Positions 1 to 6,146 of a stretch of DNA of 64,000 nt are shown piece by piece. The stretch spans positions 64,001-128,000 of IMG/VR virus record IMGVR_UViG_3300025133_000030; one strand, given 5' to 3'. Position 1 is the stretch's first letter; each line of letters opens with the position of its first letter. A model generated the notes under the pieces. It was not told the origin of the DNA, searched no databases, and saw only the letters and a list, made by a program, of their open reading frames with translations. Source of the stretch: a virus. The position numbers and the translations under genes are program-made.

Positions 1-120
1 GAGTTTGGCGTTGGCATACTCGTAGAGATTATGTTCAACAACTATCGTGTCCTTTACCCAAGTGGCAAATGGTATTGGACCACCAAACCAGATTTGGAGT
101 TAATCAGTGAAAATCGGTGA
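1..120 (+). CDS. SH3/KOW-like mini-protein, array member 1 (5' truncated)
   Basis: Frame 1 reads EFGVGILVEIMFNNYRVLYPSGKWYWTTKPDLELISENR* and ends with the family C-terminal motif LE(L/V)(I/V)SE(N/S)R. Confidence 0.75.
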   Translation, partial: EFGVGILVEIMFNNYRVLYPSGKWYWTTKPDLELISENR

Positions 121-307
121 TCTGGTAAGATGTCCGAAAGAAGACCGCTACTGGTGGAGTGAGCAGGTTGGATTGGTTATAGGCTACGGTTATGGTGATC
201 AGGAAGGTGATGACCGAGATAAGTCTGCCTTGCACATTCTCATCGATGGCAACAAGCATGCAAGGTTCGGAGCCAATTTCTTGGAGTTGGTCAGTGAAAG
301 TCGGTGA
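107..307 (+). CDS. SH3/KOW-like mini-protein, array member 2
   Basis: MKIGDLVR...VGLVIG...FLELVSESR; GGAG SD upstream of GTG. Confidence 0.8.
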   Translation: MKIGDLVRCPKEDRYWWSEQVGLVIGYGYGDQEGDDRDKSALHILIDGNKHARFGANFLELVSESR

Positions 308-500
308 TCTTGTTAAATGGAGTGACTTTCAAATTGCGTGGAATTTAGTACACAATTCACATTTAAGAGACTTGACAGGCCAACGCCAGTGTGGTATTAT
401 AATAGATAATAACCCGATGTATTTTTTTATTCGCTGGGAAAATGGAGAAGTCCTTGCACAGAAAGAAGATGAACTCGCTGTCATCAGCGAAAGTCGGTGA
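294..500 (+). CDS. SH3/KOW-like mini-protein, array member 3
   Basis: GTG at 294 in the junction gives MKVGDLVKWSD...CGIII...FIRWENG...LAVISESR; the ORF-track start at 192 is an upstream extension. Confidence 0.8.
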   Translation: MKVGDLVKWSDFQIAWNLVHNSHLRDLTGQRQCGIIIDNNPMYFFIRWENGEVLAQKEDELAVISESR

Positions 501-687
501 TCTGGTAAAGATTGAAGGTGGGACGCTCAGGCCAGACTGGTACGGAGCGGTCGGAGTCGTCACTTCTCTAGAAAGCGAATGGGCCTATCGTATTTCAAAC
601 CATACTTGGTACAAAGTCGCGCTGCCTTCCCATGGAACAAAGATAATTCGCAATGATATGTTGATGGTGTTGAATGAAAGTCGGTGA
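469..687 (+). CDS. SH3/KOW-like mini-protein, array member 4 (junction start is GCG)
   Basis: AKVGDLVKI...AVGVVT...YKVAL...LMVLNESR; the junction start at 487 is GCG, nearest in-frame ATG at 469. Confidence 0.65.
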   Translation: MNSLSSAKVGDLVKIEGGTLRPDWYGAVGVVTSLESEWAYRISNHTWYKVALPSHGTKIIRNDMLMVLNESR

Positions 688-865
688 TTTGATTAAAGAT
701 AAATATGCATCCATTCCCAATTGGGGTCTTATTGTCTACAAGGATGAATACGGTGATGTCAATGCATATCATGTGTTGGTAAGCAATGGTAAGTTAGATT
801 ATCTTTCAAGAGATTATGTTGAAAACAGATGTGAGGTAGTCAGTGATTGTCGGAAAATTAGTTAA
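674..865 (+). CDS. SH3/KOW-like mini-protein, array member 5
   Basis: MKVGDLIK...WGLIV...YHVLVSNG...CEVVSD. Confidence 0.8.
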   Translation: MKVGDLIKDKYASIPNWGLIVYKDEYGDVNAYHVLVSNGKLDYLSRDYVENRCEVVSDCRKIS

Positions 866-1037
866 GATGTCTTGCCCGACTTCGTTCAGGTTACGTGGCT
901 ATGGGCTGGTGACGAAGATATCACACTACGATGACATCACTAGGTTGCCAAAAAGAGTGTATGTCCAGTGGCAAAAGCTGGTTGGTGAGCGTAACTGTGG
1001 AGTGATTCATTTGGAGGTTGTCAGTGAAAATCGGTAG
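843..1037 (+). CDS. SH3/KOW-like mini-protein, array member 6
   Basis: MIVGKLVK...YGLVT...VYVQW...HLEVVSENR; GAGG SD. Confidence 0.8.
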   Translation: MIVGKLVKMSCPTSFRLRGYGLVTKISHYDDITRLPKRVYVQWQKLVGERNCGVIHLEVVSENR

Positions 1038-1236
1038 TTTAGTGAGGTGGGCCAATCCGGCCGCACCGGGATTTGGCATCGTTGTCGGTGAATATGAGAA
1101 TCTCAGCGCCCTCGACGTCCTCAATGGGCACATTCTAGTCAAATGGTTCGATGGGGTTGGTTCTGGGGTAATCCCTAAAAATCATAAGTATTTGGAGTTG
1201 ATAAGTGAAACCCGGCGATCTAGTCAGGTGGTCTGA
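1024..1236 (+). CDS. SH3/KOW-like mini-protein, array member 7
   Basis: GTG at 1024 with GGAGG SD: MKIGSLVRW...FGIVV...ILVKWFDG...YLELISE. Confidence 0.8.
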   Translation: MKIGSLVRWANPAAPGFGIVVGEYENLSALDVLNGHILVKWFDGVGSGVIPKNHKYLELISETRRSSQVV

Positions 1237-1408
1237 CTGCATGAGTGCATGGCTTCGCCGCAGTAATTACTTGCACGATATAAGTCACCATCGGCAGCGT
1301 GGAATTATTTATGGTGAGAATCGAAAATACTATTTCGTTCGCTGGGATAACGGAGAGCGGCTTGCAGAAGCACCAGAGAACTTGGAGGTAGTCAGTGAAA
1401 ATCGGTGA
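1205..1408 (+). CDS. SH3/KOW-like mini-protein, array member 8 (paralog of member 3)
   Basis: MKPGDLVRWSD...RQRGIIY...YFVRWDNGE...NLEVVSENR. Confidence 0.8.
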   Translation: MKPGDLVRWSDCMSAWLRRSNYLHDISHHRQRGIIYGENRKYYFVRWDNGERLAEAPENLEVVSENR

Positions 1409-1574
1409 TTTGGTTGCTCATACAATGGACAGTGGTCCACCCGGCGTTGGGTTGGTGGTGGAGTTATCAAAAATAAGGCCCGGATGGGCCATGTGCAAAT
1501 TTATATGCAGGGATCAAGCGTGGTGGTATCCAATGAGTGTCTTGCATATTAAAGGATATAGAGAAAAGAAATGA
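1395..1574 (+). CDS. SH3/KOW-like mini-protein, array member 9 (59 aa, not in ORF track)
   Basis: GTG at 1395 with GGAGG SD: MKIGDLVAHTMDSGPPGVGLVVELSKIRPGWAMCKFICRDQAWWYPMSVLHIKGYREKK*; lacks the terminal junction, so it ends the array. Confidence 0.75.
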   Translation: MKIGDLVAHTMDSGPPGVGLVVELSKIRPGWAMCKFICRDQAWWYPMSVLHIKGYREKK

Positions 1575-1687
1575 AAGAATTTGGTTTATTTTGTGTGGGA
1601 TTCATCACCGGCTGTATTGTCGGCAAGGATTCAGTGTGCGCCCTACTCCACAAACTACAGGCATATGTGATGGGAATGGTGGGATAA
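1571..1687 (+). CDS. Small hydrophobic hypothetical protein (38 aa)
   Basis: ATGA overlap with the previous stop; MKEFGLFCVGFITGCIVGKDSVCALLHKLQAYVMGMVG*. Confidence 0.5.
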   Translation: MKEFGLFCVGFITGCIVGKDSVCALLHKLQAYVMGMVG

Positions 1688-1857
1688 TGAATAAAGAACA
1701 AGCAAGAATGCTCGCGAGGAAAATCTATAATCTCCCGAAAGGAGAAAGAACTCAAACCCTTGGGGCTTTAGACACGGACTCTAGGATTTTGGTTGTGAAG
1801 GAGTTATACTATTTGAGGGGTGATGCGCCTCCCGGTAAGGCACCAAGCTGCTCCTGA
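1687..1857 (+). CDS. Hypothetical protein
   Basis: TAATG-coupled start; MNKEQARMLARKIYNLPK... Confidence 0.55.
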   Translation: MNKEQARMLARKIYNLPKGERTQTLGALDTDSRILVVKELYYLRGDAPPGKAPSCS

Positions 1858-1885
1858 TTATTCTATAAATGGGGTCACTTTTTTC

Positions 1886-1914
1886 TTGACTCGGCCTTAA
1901 TCTTATGATAGTAT
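1886..1914 (+). promoter_or_regulatory. Sigma70-type early promoter, copy 1
   Basis: TTGACT-17 bp-TAGTAT with extended -10 TG; preceded by TATAAATGGGGTCACTTTTTTC. Confidence 0.8.
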
Positions 1915-1942
1915 TATAATACAACGATTGAGGAACAAGCAA

Positions 1943-2137
1943 ATGCCAACGTATAGAGTGCAAGTAGCGCAGATGATTAGAGAATATGCAACGGTCAATA
2001 TCACAGCCGACACCGAAGAGGAAGCAGTTAAGCAAGCCCGCGACCTCGACTGGCAGGACTTCATTGTATATAACCAGATCCGCCAAGACTATCATCACAC
2101 GGAGTTCCTCGAACCCATCGTAGTCGGTGAGCAGTGA
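1943..2137 (+). CDS. Small phage protein (V-x-A-x-T-EEEA motif)
   Basis: GAGG SD; MPTYRVQV...VNITADTEEEAVKQA. Confidence 0.65.
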   Translation: MPTYRVQVAQMIREYATVNITADTEEEAVKQARDLDWQDFIVYNQIRQDYHHTEFLEPIVVGEQ

Positions 2138-2234
2138 ATTAGAATCGGGCTATCGAGTAAAAAGAGTGCATGTCGTGTGCGGATCCGCCATAACTGACGA
2201 CCTCTGTGCCACCTTTCTCGATTGTCCACCAGAT

Positions 2235-2388
2235 TTCGATGCCAAGTGGCTGCAATGCGTGACTAAACGCAGCATCTTATTGCAGACCTTCGAGCTTAAT
2301 GTCACACTGGGGTTGCTCCCAGAGTGAAGGAAAACGCGGCTAGACAAGCCCCCGATTGGACATGGATGTTCCAACGCTTGGCATCGAA
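2235..2388 (+). ncRNA. Candidate multibranched structured RNA of unknown family
   Basis: Perfect 12-bp closing helix TTCGATGCCAAG/CTTGGCATCGAA enclosing four smaller stems; no convincing ORF. Confidence 0.4.
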
Positions 2389-2417
2389 TTTATTTTATAA
2401 ATAGGGTCACTTTTTTC

Positions 2418-2446
2418 TTGACCAGCCCATGATATTGTGATAGTAT
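2418..2446 (+). promoter_or_regulatory. Sigma70-type early promoter, copy 2
   Basis: TTGACC-17 bp-TAGTAT, extended -10; nearly the same upstream TATAAATAGGGTCACTTTTTTC as copy 1. Confidence 0.8.
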
Positions 2447-2476
2447 ATATACACAAGATGAGGGAAGGGTTTTATT

Positions 2477-2722
2477 TTGTTGGAATCGATACGCGAGAAT
2501 TTGCAGCAGCGAGAAGAGTTGATTTCTCAATTGCAGCGCCAATTAGACTTTGAACGTGATTTCGGCATTGTAGCCCACGAGATCCAATCCATCCGAGTTA
2601 GAGGTCGAGGGACCAGTAACCGACAGAGTTGGGTCACTATGAGAGACGGAACCGAGCACCACGTTGTTGGTGTAGATGTTAAATTTGCCTTAGATGGCGT
2701 TGAAGATTGGAGAGTCCAATAA
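2477..2722 (+). CDS. Hypothetical protein with N-terminal coiled coil
   Basis: ORF directly downstream of promoter copy 2, coupled to the next gene. Confidence 0.6.
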   Translation: MLESIRENLQQREELISQLQRQLDFERDFGIVAHEIQSIRVRGRGTSNRQSWVTMRDGTEHHVVGVDVKFALDGVEDWRVQ

Positions 2723-2967
2723 TGAGTAGAGTTAGAAACGAAGTAGTTGTGCGCCGATGGGCCGCAGGCACCGAAGCAAGCAACCATCAAGGTTCGTTCA
2801 GGACCGATGGCAAGCGGTTGTTTTCTTACGAGTTGCAGATCGGTGATACTACCGATGGCATCAAGGTTTTGCGCGACTATAGCGCAAAGGGGCGGCACGG
2901 ATTCAAATCCATGACCACCAGCCAGCACGTTGGCAAGGCCCGAATGTGGGCCGACATCATCGATTAG
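2722..2967 (+). CDS. Small phage early protein (SY...YS...TTSQH motif)
   Basis: TAATG coupling, GGAG SD; LFSYELQIG...DYSAKG...SMTTSQHVG. Confidence 0.65.
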   Translation: MSRVRNEVVVRRWAAGTEASNHQGSFRTDGKRLFSYELQIGDTTDGIKVLRDYSAKGRHGFKSMTTSQHVGKARMWADIID

Positions 2968-3244
2968 GAGAGTTTATTATGATTCGCTTGAGTTCTTATA
3001 CCGTGAACTATTCAACTCGACGACGACCCCGTTTAAGGCGGCGAGTTCGCCGCGATTTTTTTGGAGTCTGAAATGCATTGTTGCAGTGTTAATACACTTT
3101 ATCCTTGTTCGTCGTGTCACCGACCGACGAATCGAATGAAATATCTGAAGATGGCCCACCACCGCGGCGTTAGTTCCCCGCTCAAGGCAATGCGGCTTGA
3201 TGGCCGACGTGGCACATCTTCACAGACGACACAGGCTAAGTAAG

Positions 3245-3445
3245 GTGACTATTTTGGGATTCTTTGAAGGAATTGGTACGACGTGGCGATACGCACAGAG
3301 GCAGGCCATTGCCGAGATGAGCAGGGCCGAACTGGTTGAGTGGTTGGAGTTCAGGGGCATGGCTTGTTATGATGATGAGTCAACCGAACTGCTTCGAGAG
3401 ACGGCACTCGAAGACTATGATGAAGAGCAGGGTAACACTGCTTAG
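3245..3445 (+). CDS. Hypothetical acidic helical protein
   Basis: MSRAELVEWLEFRGMACYDDESTELLRETALEDY; start uncertain. Confidence 0.55.
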   Translation: MTILGFFEGIGTTWRYAQRQAIAEMSRAELVEWLEFRGMACYDDESTELLRETALEDYDEEQGNTA

Positions 3446-3448
3446 GGC

Positions 3449-3532
3449 GCTCATGGTTGGGGCGTTGCTGGCGCGACCGGTAACGAGTCTGCATGTGGTT
3501 GGTAGGAGATACGCCTCGCGCCAACCATGAGC
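3449..3532 (+). other. Long stem-loop element
   Basis: Perfect 12-bp inverted repeat GCTCATGGTTGG/CCAACCATGAGC with inner GGCGT/ACGCC. Confidence 0.55.
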
Positions 3533-3567
3533 ATTGAAATTATTTTCACTTTCATGTCGTTTTTTTC

Positions 3568-3596
3568 TTGACATGGGGGTGAAAACCTGATAGTAT
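3568..3596 (+). promoter_or_regulatory. Sigma70-type early promoter, copy 3
   Basis: TTGACA-17 bp-TAGTAT, extended -10, followed by ACACAAGATGAGGG as in copy 2. Confidence 0.85.
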
Positions 3597-3669
3597 TATA
3601 TACACAAGATGAGGGTGCGGGCAAATTCCGCACCAAACCAAACACCAATGAAACCGAAAGGTACTTAGA

Positions 3670-3930
3670 ATGAATCAAGACGAACTAGACTTAATGAAAC
3701 GCATCGCGGAACTGGAAGCAGCCGAAGCCGAACTCAAAGCCCTCAAGAGACGAGCGGCAAAGGTTGTTCGCATGAAGGTTAGCCAGAAGGGTGCAGTTTC
3801 GATCTACGGCATGCGCCGACTCCCGATCACCCTTTACAAGAACGAAATCAACCAGATCCGAGACCTCTTCGACTCGGGTCGCATCGACAACTTCATTGAA
3901 GAGAACAATGCAACTTTAGCGGATCGCTGA
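3670..3930 (+). CDS. Conserved small bacterial-type protein (coiled coil plus KVSxKGAVSxYG motif)
   Basis: RMKVSQKGAVSIYGMRRLPITLYK resembles a recurrent bacterial hypothetical family, recalled from memory. Confidence 0.7.
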   Translation: MNQDELDLMKRIAELEAAEAELKALKRRAAKVVRMKVSQKGAVSIYGMRRLPITLYKNEINQIRDLFDSGRIDNFIEENNATLADR

Positions 3931-4093
3931 TTGGTGTTTCAGCGACACTTAGGTTTGATCTGTTGCAACATTCCCCGGCAACAGAGGGATTCATCACGAA
4001 GTTTCTAGGGCTACGAGATGATGCGCGAATTCGGTGGGGTTTTCGCGCCATTTTTTATTAACTAATAACAAAGCGATTCGAGAGTAAAACATA

Positions 4094-4300
4094 ATGAACA
4101 ACCAATGGTACTATAGATTGGGCAATGAAACAGCCCCTTTCCTTTGGACAGGTCGCATCACGACGACCACACCAATCACCAACAAGCAGGCAAAGCACAT
4201 GATTCGACAGAAGCATCGACTGGCGCGGCTTCCCGGCTCCACACTCGTGGTGCCCAGCAGCACCTTGGAATTCAACGGCGAAGCACGGAGGGTCTGCTAA
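4094..4300 (+). CDS. Hypothetical protein
   Basis: ATG with GAGAG upstream; coupled to the next gene. Confidence 0.55.
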   Translation: MNNQWYYRLGNETAPFLWTGRITTTTPITNKQAKHMIRQKHRLARLPGSTLVVPSSTLEFNGEARRVC

Positions 4301-4509
4301 TGTTTGTACAGAGTAAATCAACAACCGTACATGGTGAGCGCAATGGGGTTTGCCTTCGCAGTCGTCGTGGTGGTCAAGAGCTGCTTGTAAAGTGGTCCAA
4401 CGGGCAATGCCGATGGGTCGATTGTGATGACATCAAGGGTGAGATTCGACTCATCGACGCAGAGGGCCGCAACTACGAAAACCAGAACGCGGAGGACTTC
4501 GCACTGTGA
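4300..4509 (+). CDS. Small beta-rich protein, possibly SH3-like
   Basis: TAATG coupling; NGVCL...ELLVKWSNGQCRWVD pattern. Confidence 0.55.
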   Translation: MFVQSKSTTVHGERNGVCLRSRRGGQELLVKWSNGQCRWVDCDDIKGEIRLIDAEGRNYENQNAEDFAL

Positions 4510-4543
4510 GCAAGAGATCAACAAAGAAGACGGTACGCAAGAC

Positions 4544-4753
4544 GTGGACAAAAACAAAGAAGCGAGGATAAAGAAAGGCGACCTTGTAACGTGGGGTCTA
4601 GATCAGAAAGCAGGAATTGTGCTTGGCTTCATCGGAGGAAAACTCTTCGAGGGTGATAATATTATAAAGGTATTAAGCACACACAGCCAGAAGCCCGCGC
4701 TAATCATGGAATCTAGAGCCCGCCCTATTACAGAGAGTGAAGATCCGCGATAG
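4544..4753 (+). CDS. SH3/KOW-like mini-protein, outlying family member
   Basis: IKKGDLVTW...AGIVLG...IIKVL...ITESEDPR*; start uncertain. Confidence 0.55.
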   Translation: MDKNKEARIKKGDLVTWGLDQKAGIVLGFIGGKLFEGDNIIKVLSTHSQKPALIMESRARPITESEDPR

Positions 4754-4871
4754 AATAGAAAAGAAGATTATTCCAGTAGCCATTACAGCTACAGTAGGCA
4801 TAGCGTTAGCAATAGCTGTTCATGCCTTTGTCTTATACTCAGATATAAGAGCCTATAGAGAAGAGAGATAG
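4737..4871 (+). CDS. Small single-pass membrane protein (44 aa)
   Basis: GTG in a junction-like overlap; MKIRDRIEKKIIPVAITATVGIALAIAVHAFVLYSDIRAYREER*. Confidence 0.45.
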   Translation: MKIRDRIEKKIIPVAITATVGIALAIAVHAFVLYSDIRAYREER

Positions 4872-5360
4872 AGAAGAACTAAATGAGCTTTACAAGAAAC
4901 TGGAAGAACTCAACGCTAAGTGTATGCTTTCCCCATAGGTCAGCAAGGCGTTTCGGTTATAGTCATTCAAGGTTTTATGAGTCATGGGACTATTACACGA
5001 GGTTCTGGATTCTGGATCTTTACTTTGTGAGTCTGCTGTTTGGTAGGCCGTGAAGCATTATAGCTATATTAGCCTATGCCCCTTGCATAGTCTATGCAGT
5101 TAGTTTATTAACGGGTTTTTTACTTTTATTAATGGAGGGCGTTAGCTTTTGAACGAGATGGACCTAATACATATACAAGAGCGCCTTGTCAACGATTATT
5201 TATTAACGCTTGCCGATGCTAGGCGTGAACGTGACCGTCATATACTTGACAGCGTTAGGAATGTAACGGCTGCTAAGTGTGCGAGATCATTCAGGTTTCC
5301 TAGGCGCATGCAATACGACGAGACCATGACGGGACTTGAAACGACAATAGATTGACGGCT

Positions 5361-5640
5361 GTTTCACGGGCACACTAGCCCGAAAGTGCCGAAAACCTAA
5401 GTGACTGATATCATTAGGGTTTTCATTTTTATTTGATTTAATGCGTTTTTTATGAGATAATATATATAACAGGTTGAGGGAATGACCAGCAGCCAGTTCT
5501 TTTAAAATCAGGTTCTAAGTTTCACGGGCACGGCAGCCCTTAAAAGCCAAAAAGCTAACTACTTGAAATCATTGGCTTTCGTAAATAAACTTGATTTATT
5601 TCAAAAAGAATGATATAATATATAAAGAAAGTGAGGGAAG
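5361..5640 (+). repeat. Diverged tandem duplication (158-bp period) of a promoter and IHF-site module
   Basis: GTTTCACGGGCAC at 5361 and 5519; IHF-like sites at 5398 and 5556; TTGATT -35 boxes at 5433 and 5591; all offset by 158. Confidence 0.75.
5591..5619 (+). promoter_or_regulatory. Sigma70-type promoter
   Basis: TTGATT-17 bp-TATAAT with extended -10, followed by GAGGGAAGGG as in promoter copy 2. Confidence 0.8.
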
Positions 5641-5696
5641 GGTTTCCTCGCTACTAAACACCATGCCCACAAGGGCAAAACAAAAAGGGGTCCATC

Positions 5697-5930
5697 ATGG
5701 CCATTTCACGACACACATCAAACATCATCAATTTGGGTTTCGTCTGCATGAGCGAAGACGACAAGGCCGGAGTAGAAATCAATCAGAGCATCGTTAACGG
5801 TTGCTCCGCTGGGGTTTCTGTCCGCACCATCAACGGAGCGCGTAAGAGCGCCAGCATCCGCTTGGATGATCAGGCTGCGCGTGACTTGCACGCATGCTTG
5901 TCTGAGATGTTGGAAAACTTGGATAGCTAA
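5697..5930 (+). CDS. Hypothetical early protein
   Basis: Lies between the 5591 promoter and the 5953 terminator; AAGGGG SD. Confidence 0.7.
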   Translation: MAISRHTSNIINLGFVCMSEDDKAGVEINQSIVNGCSAGVSVRTINGARKSASIRLDDQAARDLHACLSEMLENLDS

Positions 5931-5952
5931 ACCGTCAAAATCCCAACGCATT

Positions 5953-5983
5953 GAGACCCGGCCATCGTGCCGGGTTTCTTTTT
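5953..5983 (+). terminator. Rho-independent terminator
   Basis: GAGACCCGGC-CATCGT-GCCGGGTTTC followed by a T run. Confidence 0.8.
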
Positions 5984-5996
5984 ATCTAAATTCAAC

Positions 5997-6079
5997 CGTC
6001 AATAATATGACGCTGTCAAACCAATGACACCGCCAGAACTATGACGCGCCAAGCAATTGACACCGTCAAAGCTTTGACA
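5997..6079. repeat. Five tandem palindromes YGYCA-N6-TGACR (16-17 bp period)
   Basis: CGTCA-ATAATA-TGACG, TGTCA-AACCAA-TGACA, CGCCA-GAACTA-TGACG, CGCCA-AGCAAT-TGACA, CGTCA-AAGCTT-TGACA. Confidence 0.85.
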
Positions 6080-6133
6080 TTCGCGATAATAAAAGAAAAG
6101 AACCCAAAAAGAACAAACGTTTTTCTCTAATAA

Positions 6134-6146
6134 AATCAAACACTTA
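6134..6146 (+). promoter_or_regulatory. IHF consensus site
   Basis: AATCAAACACTTA matches WATCAANNNNTTR exactly. Confidence 0.5.

Larger units (their letters stand above)
91..1415 (+). repeat. Eight copies of a ~30-bp gene-junction repeat, consensus TTGGAGKTNRTCAGTGAAARTCGGTGATYTNGT
   Basis: Start-codon positions of the copies are 107, 294, 487, 674, 843, 1024, 1205 and 1395 (spacings 187,193,187,169,181,181,190). Each copy carries the start codon and K(I/V)GDLV of the next gene, usually an SD, and the SE(N/S)R-type end of the previous gene. Confidence 0.9.

Noticed and set aside
91-1415. CRISPR array or integron attC cassette array
   Set aside because: Intervening segments are 140-160 bp and protein-coding, the repeats are degenerate and non-palindromic with no attC-type inverted core sites, and no cas or integrase gene is in the window.
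3038-3062. Terminator GCGGCG-AGTT-CGCCGC plus T run
   Set aside because: It lies within a plausible SD-led 30-aa Arg-rich ORF (2979-3071); I cannot decide between the two readings.
4855-4938. Programmed frameshift in the AG-rich run extending the 4737 membrane peptide
   Set aside because: An alternative frame gives a coiled-coil-like DREELNELYKKLEELNAK, but there is no canonical slippery site or other support.
5149-5355. 68-aa ORF, and 5999-6235 on the minus strand, as real genes
   Set aside because: They overlap the palindrome clusters and lack recognisable protein features; 5149 does have a GGAGG upstream, so it is not fully excluded.
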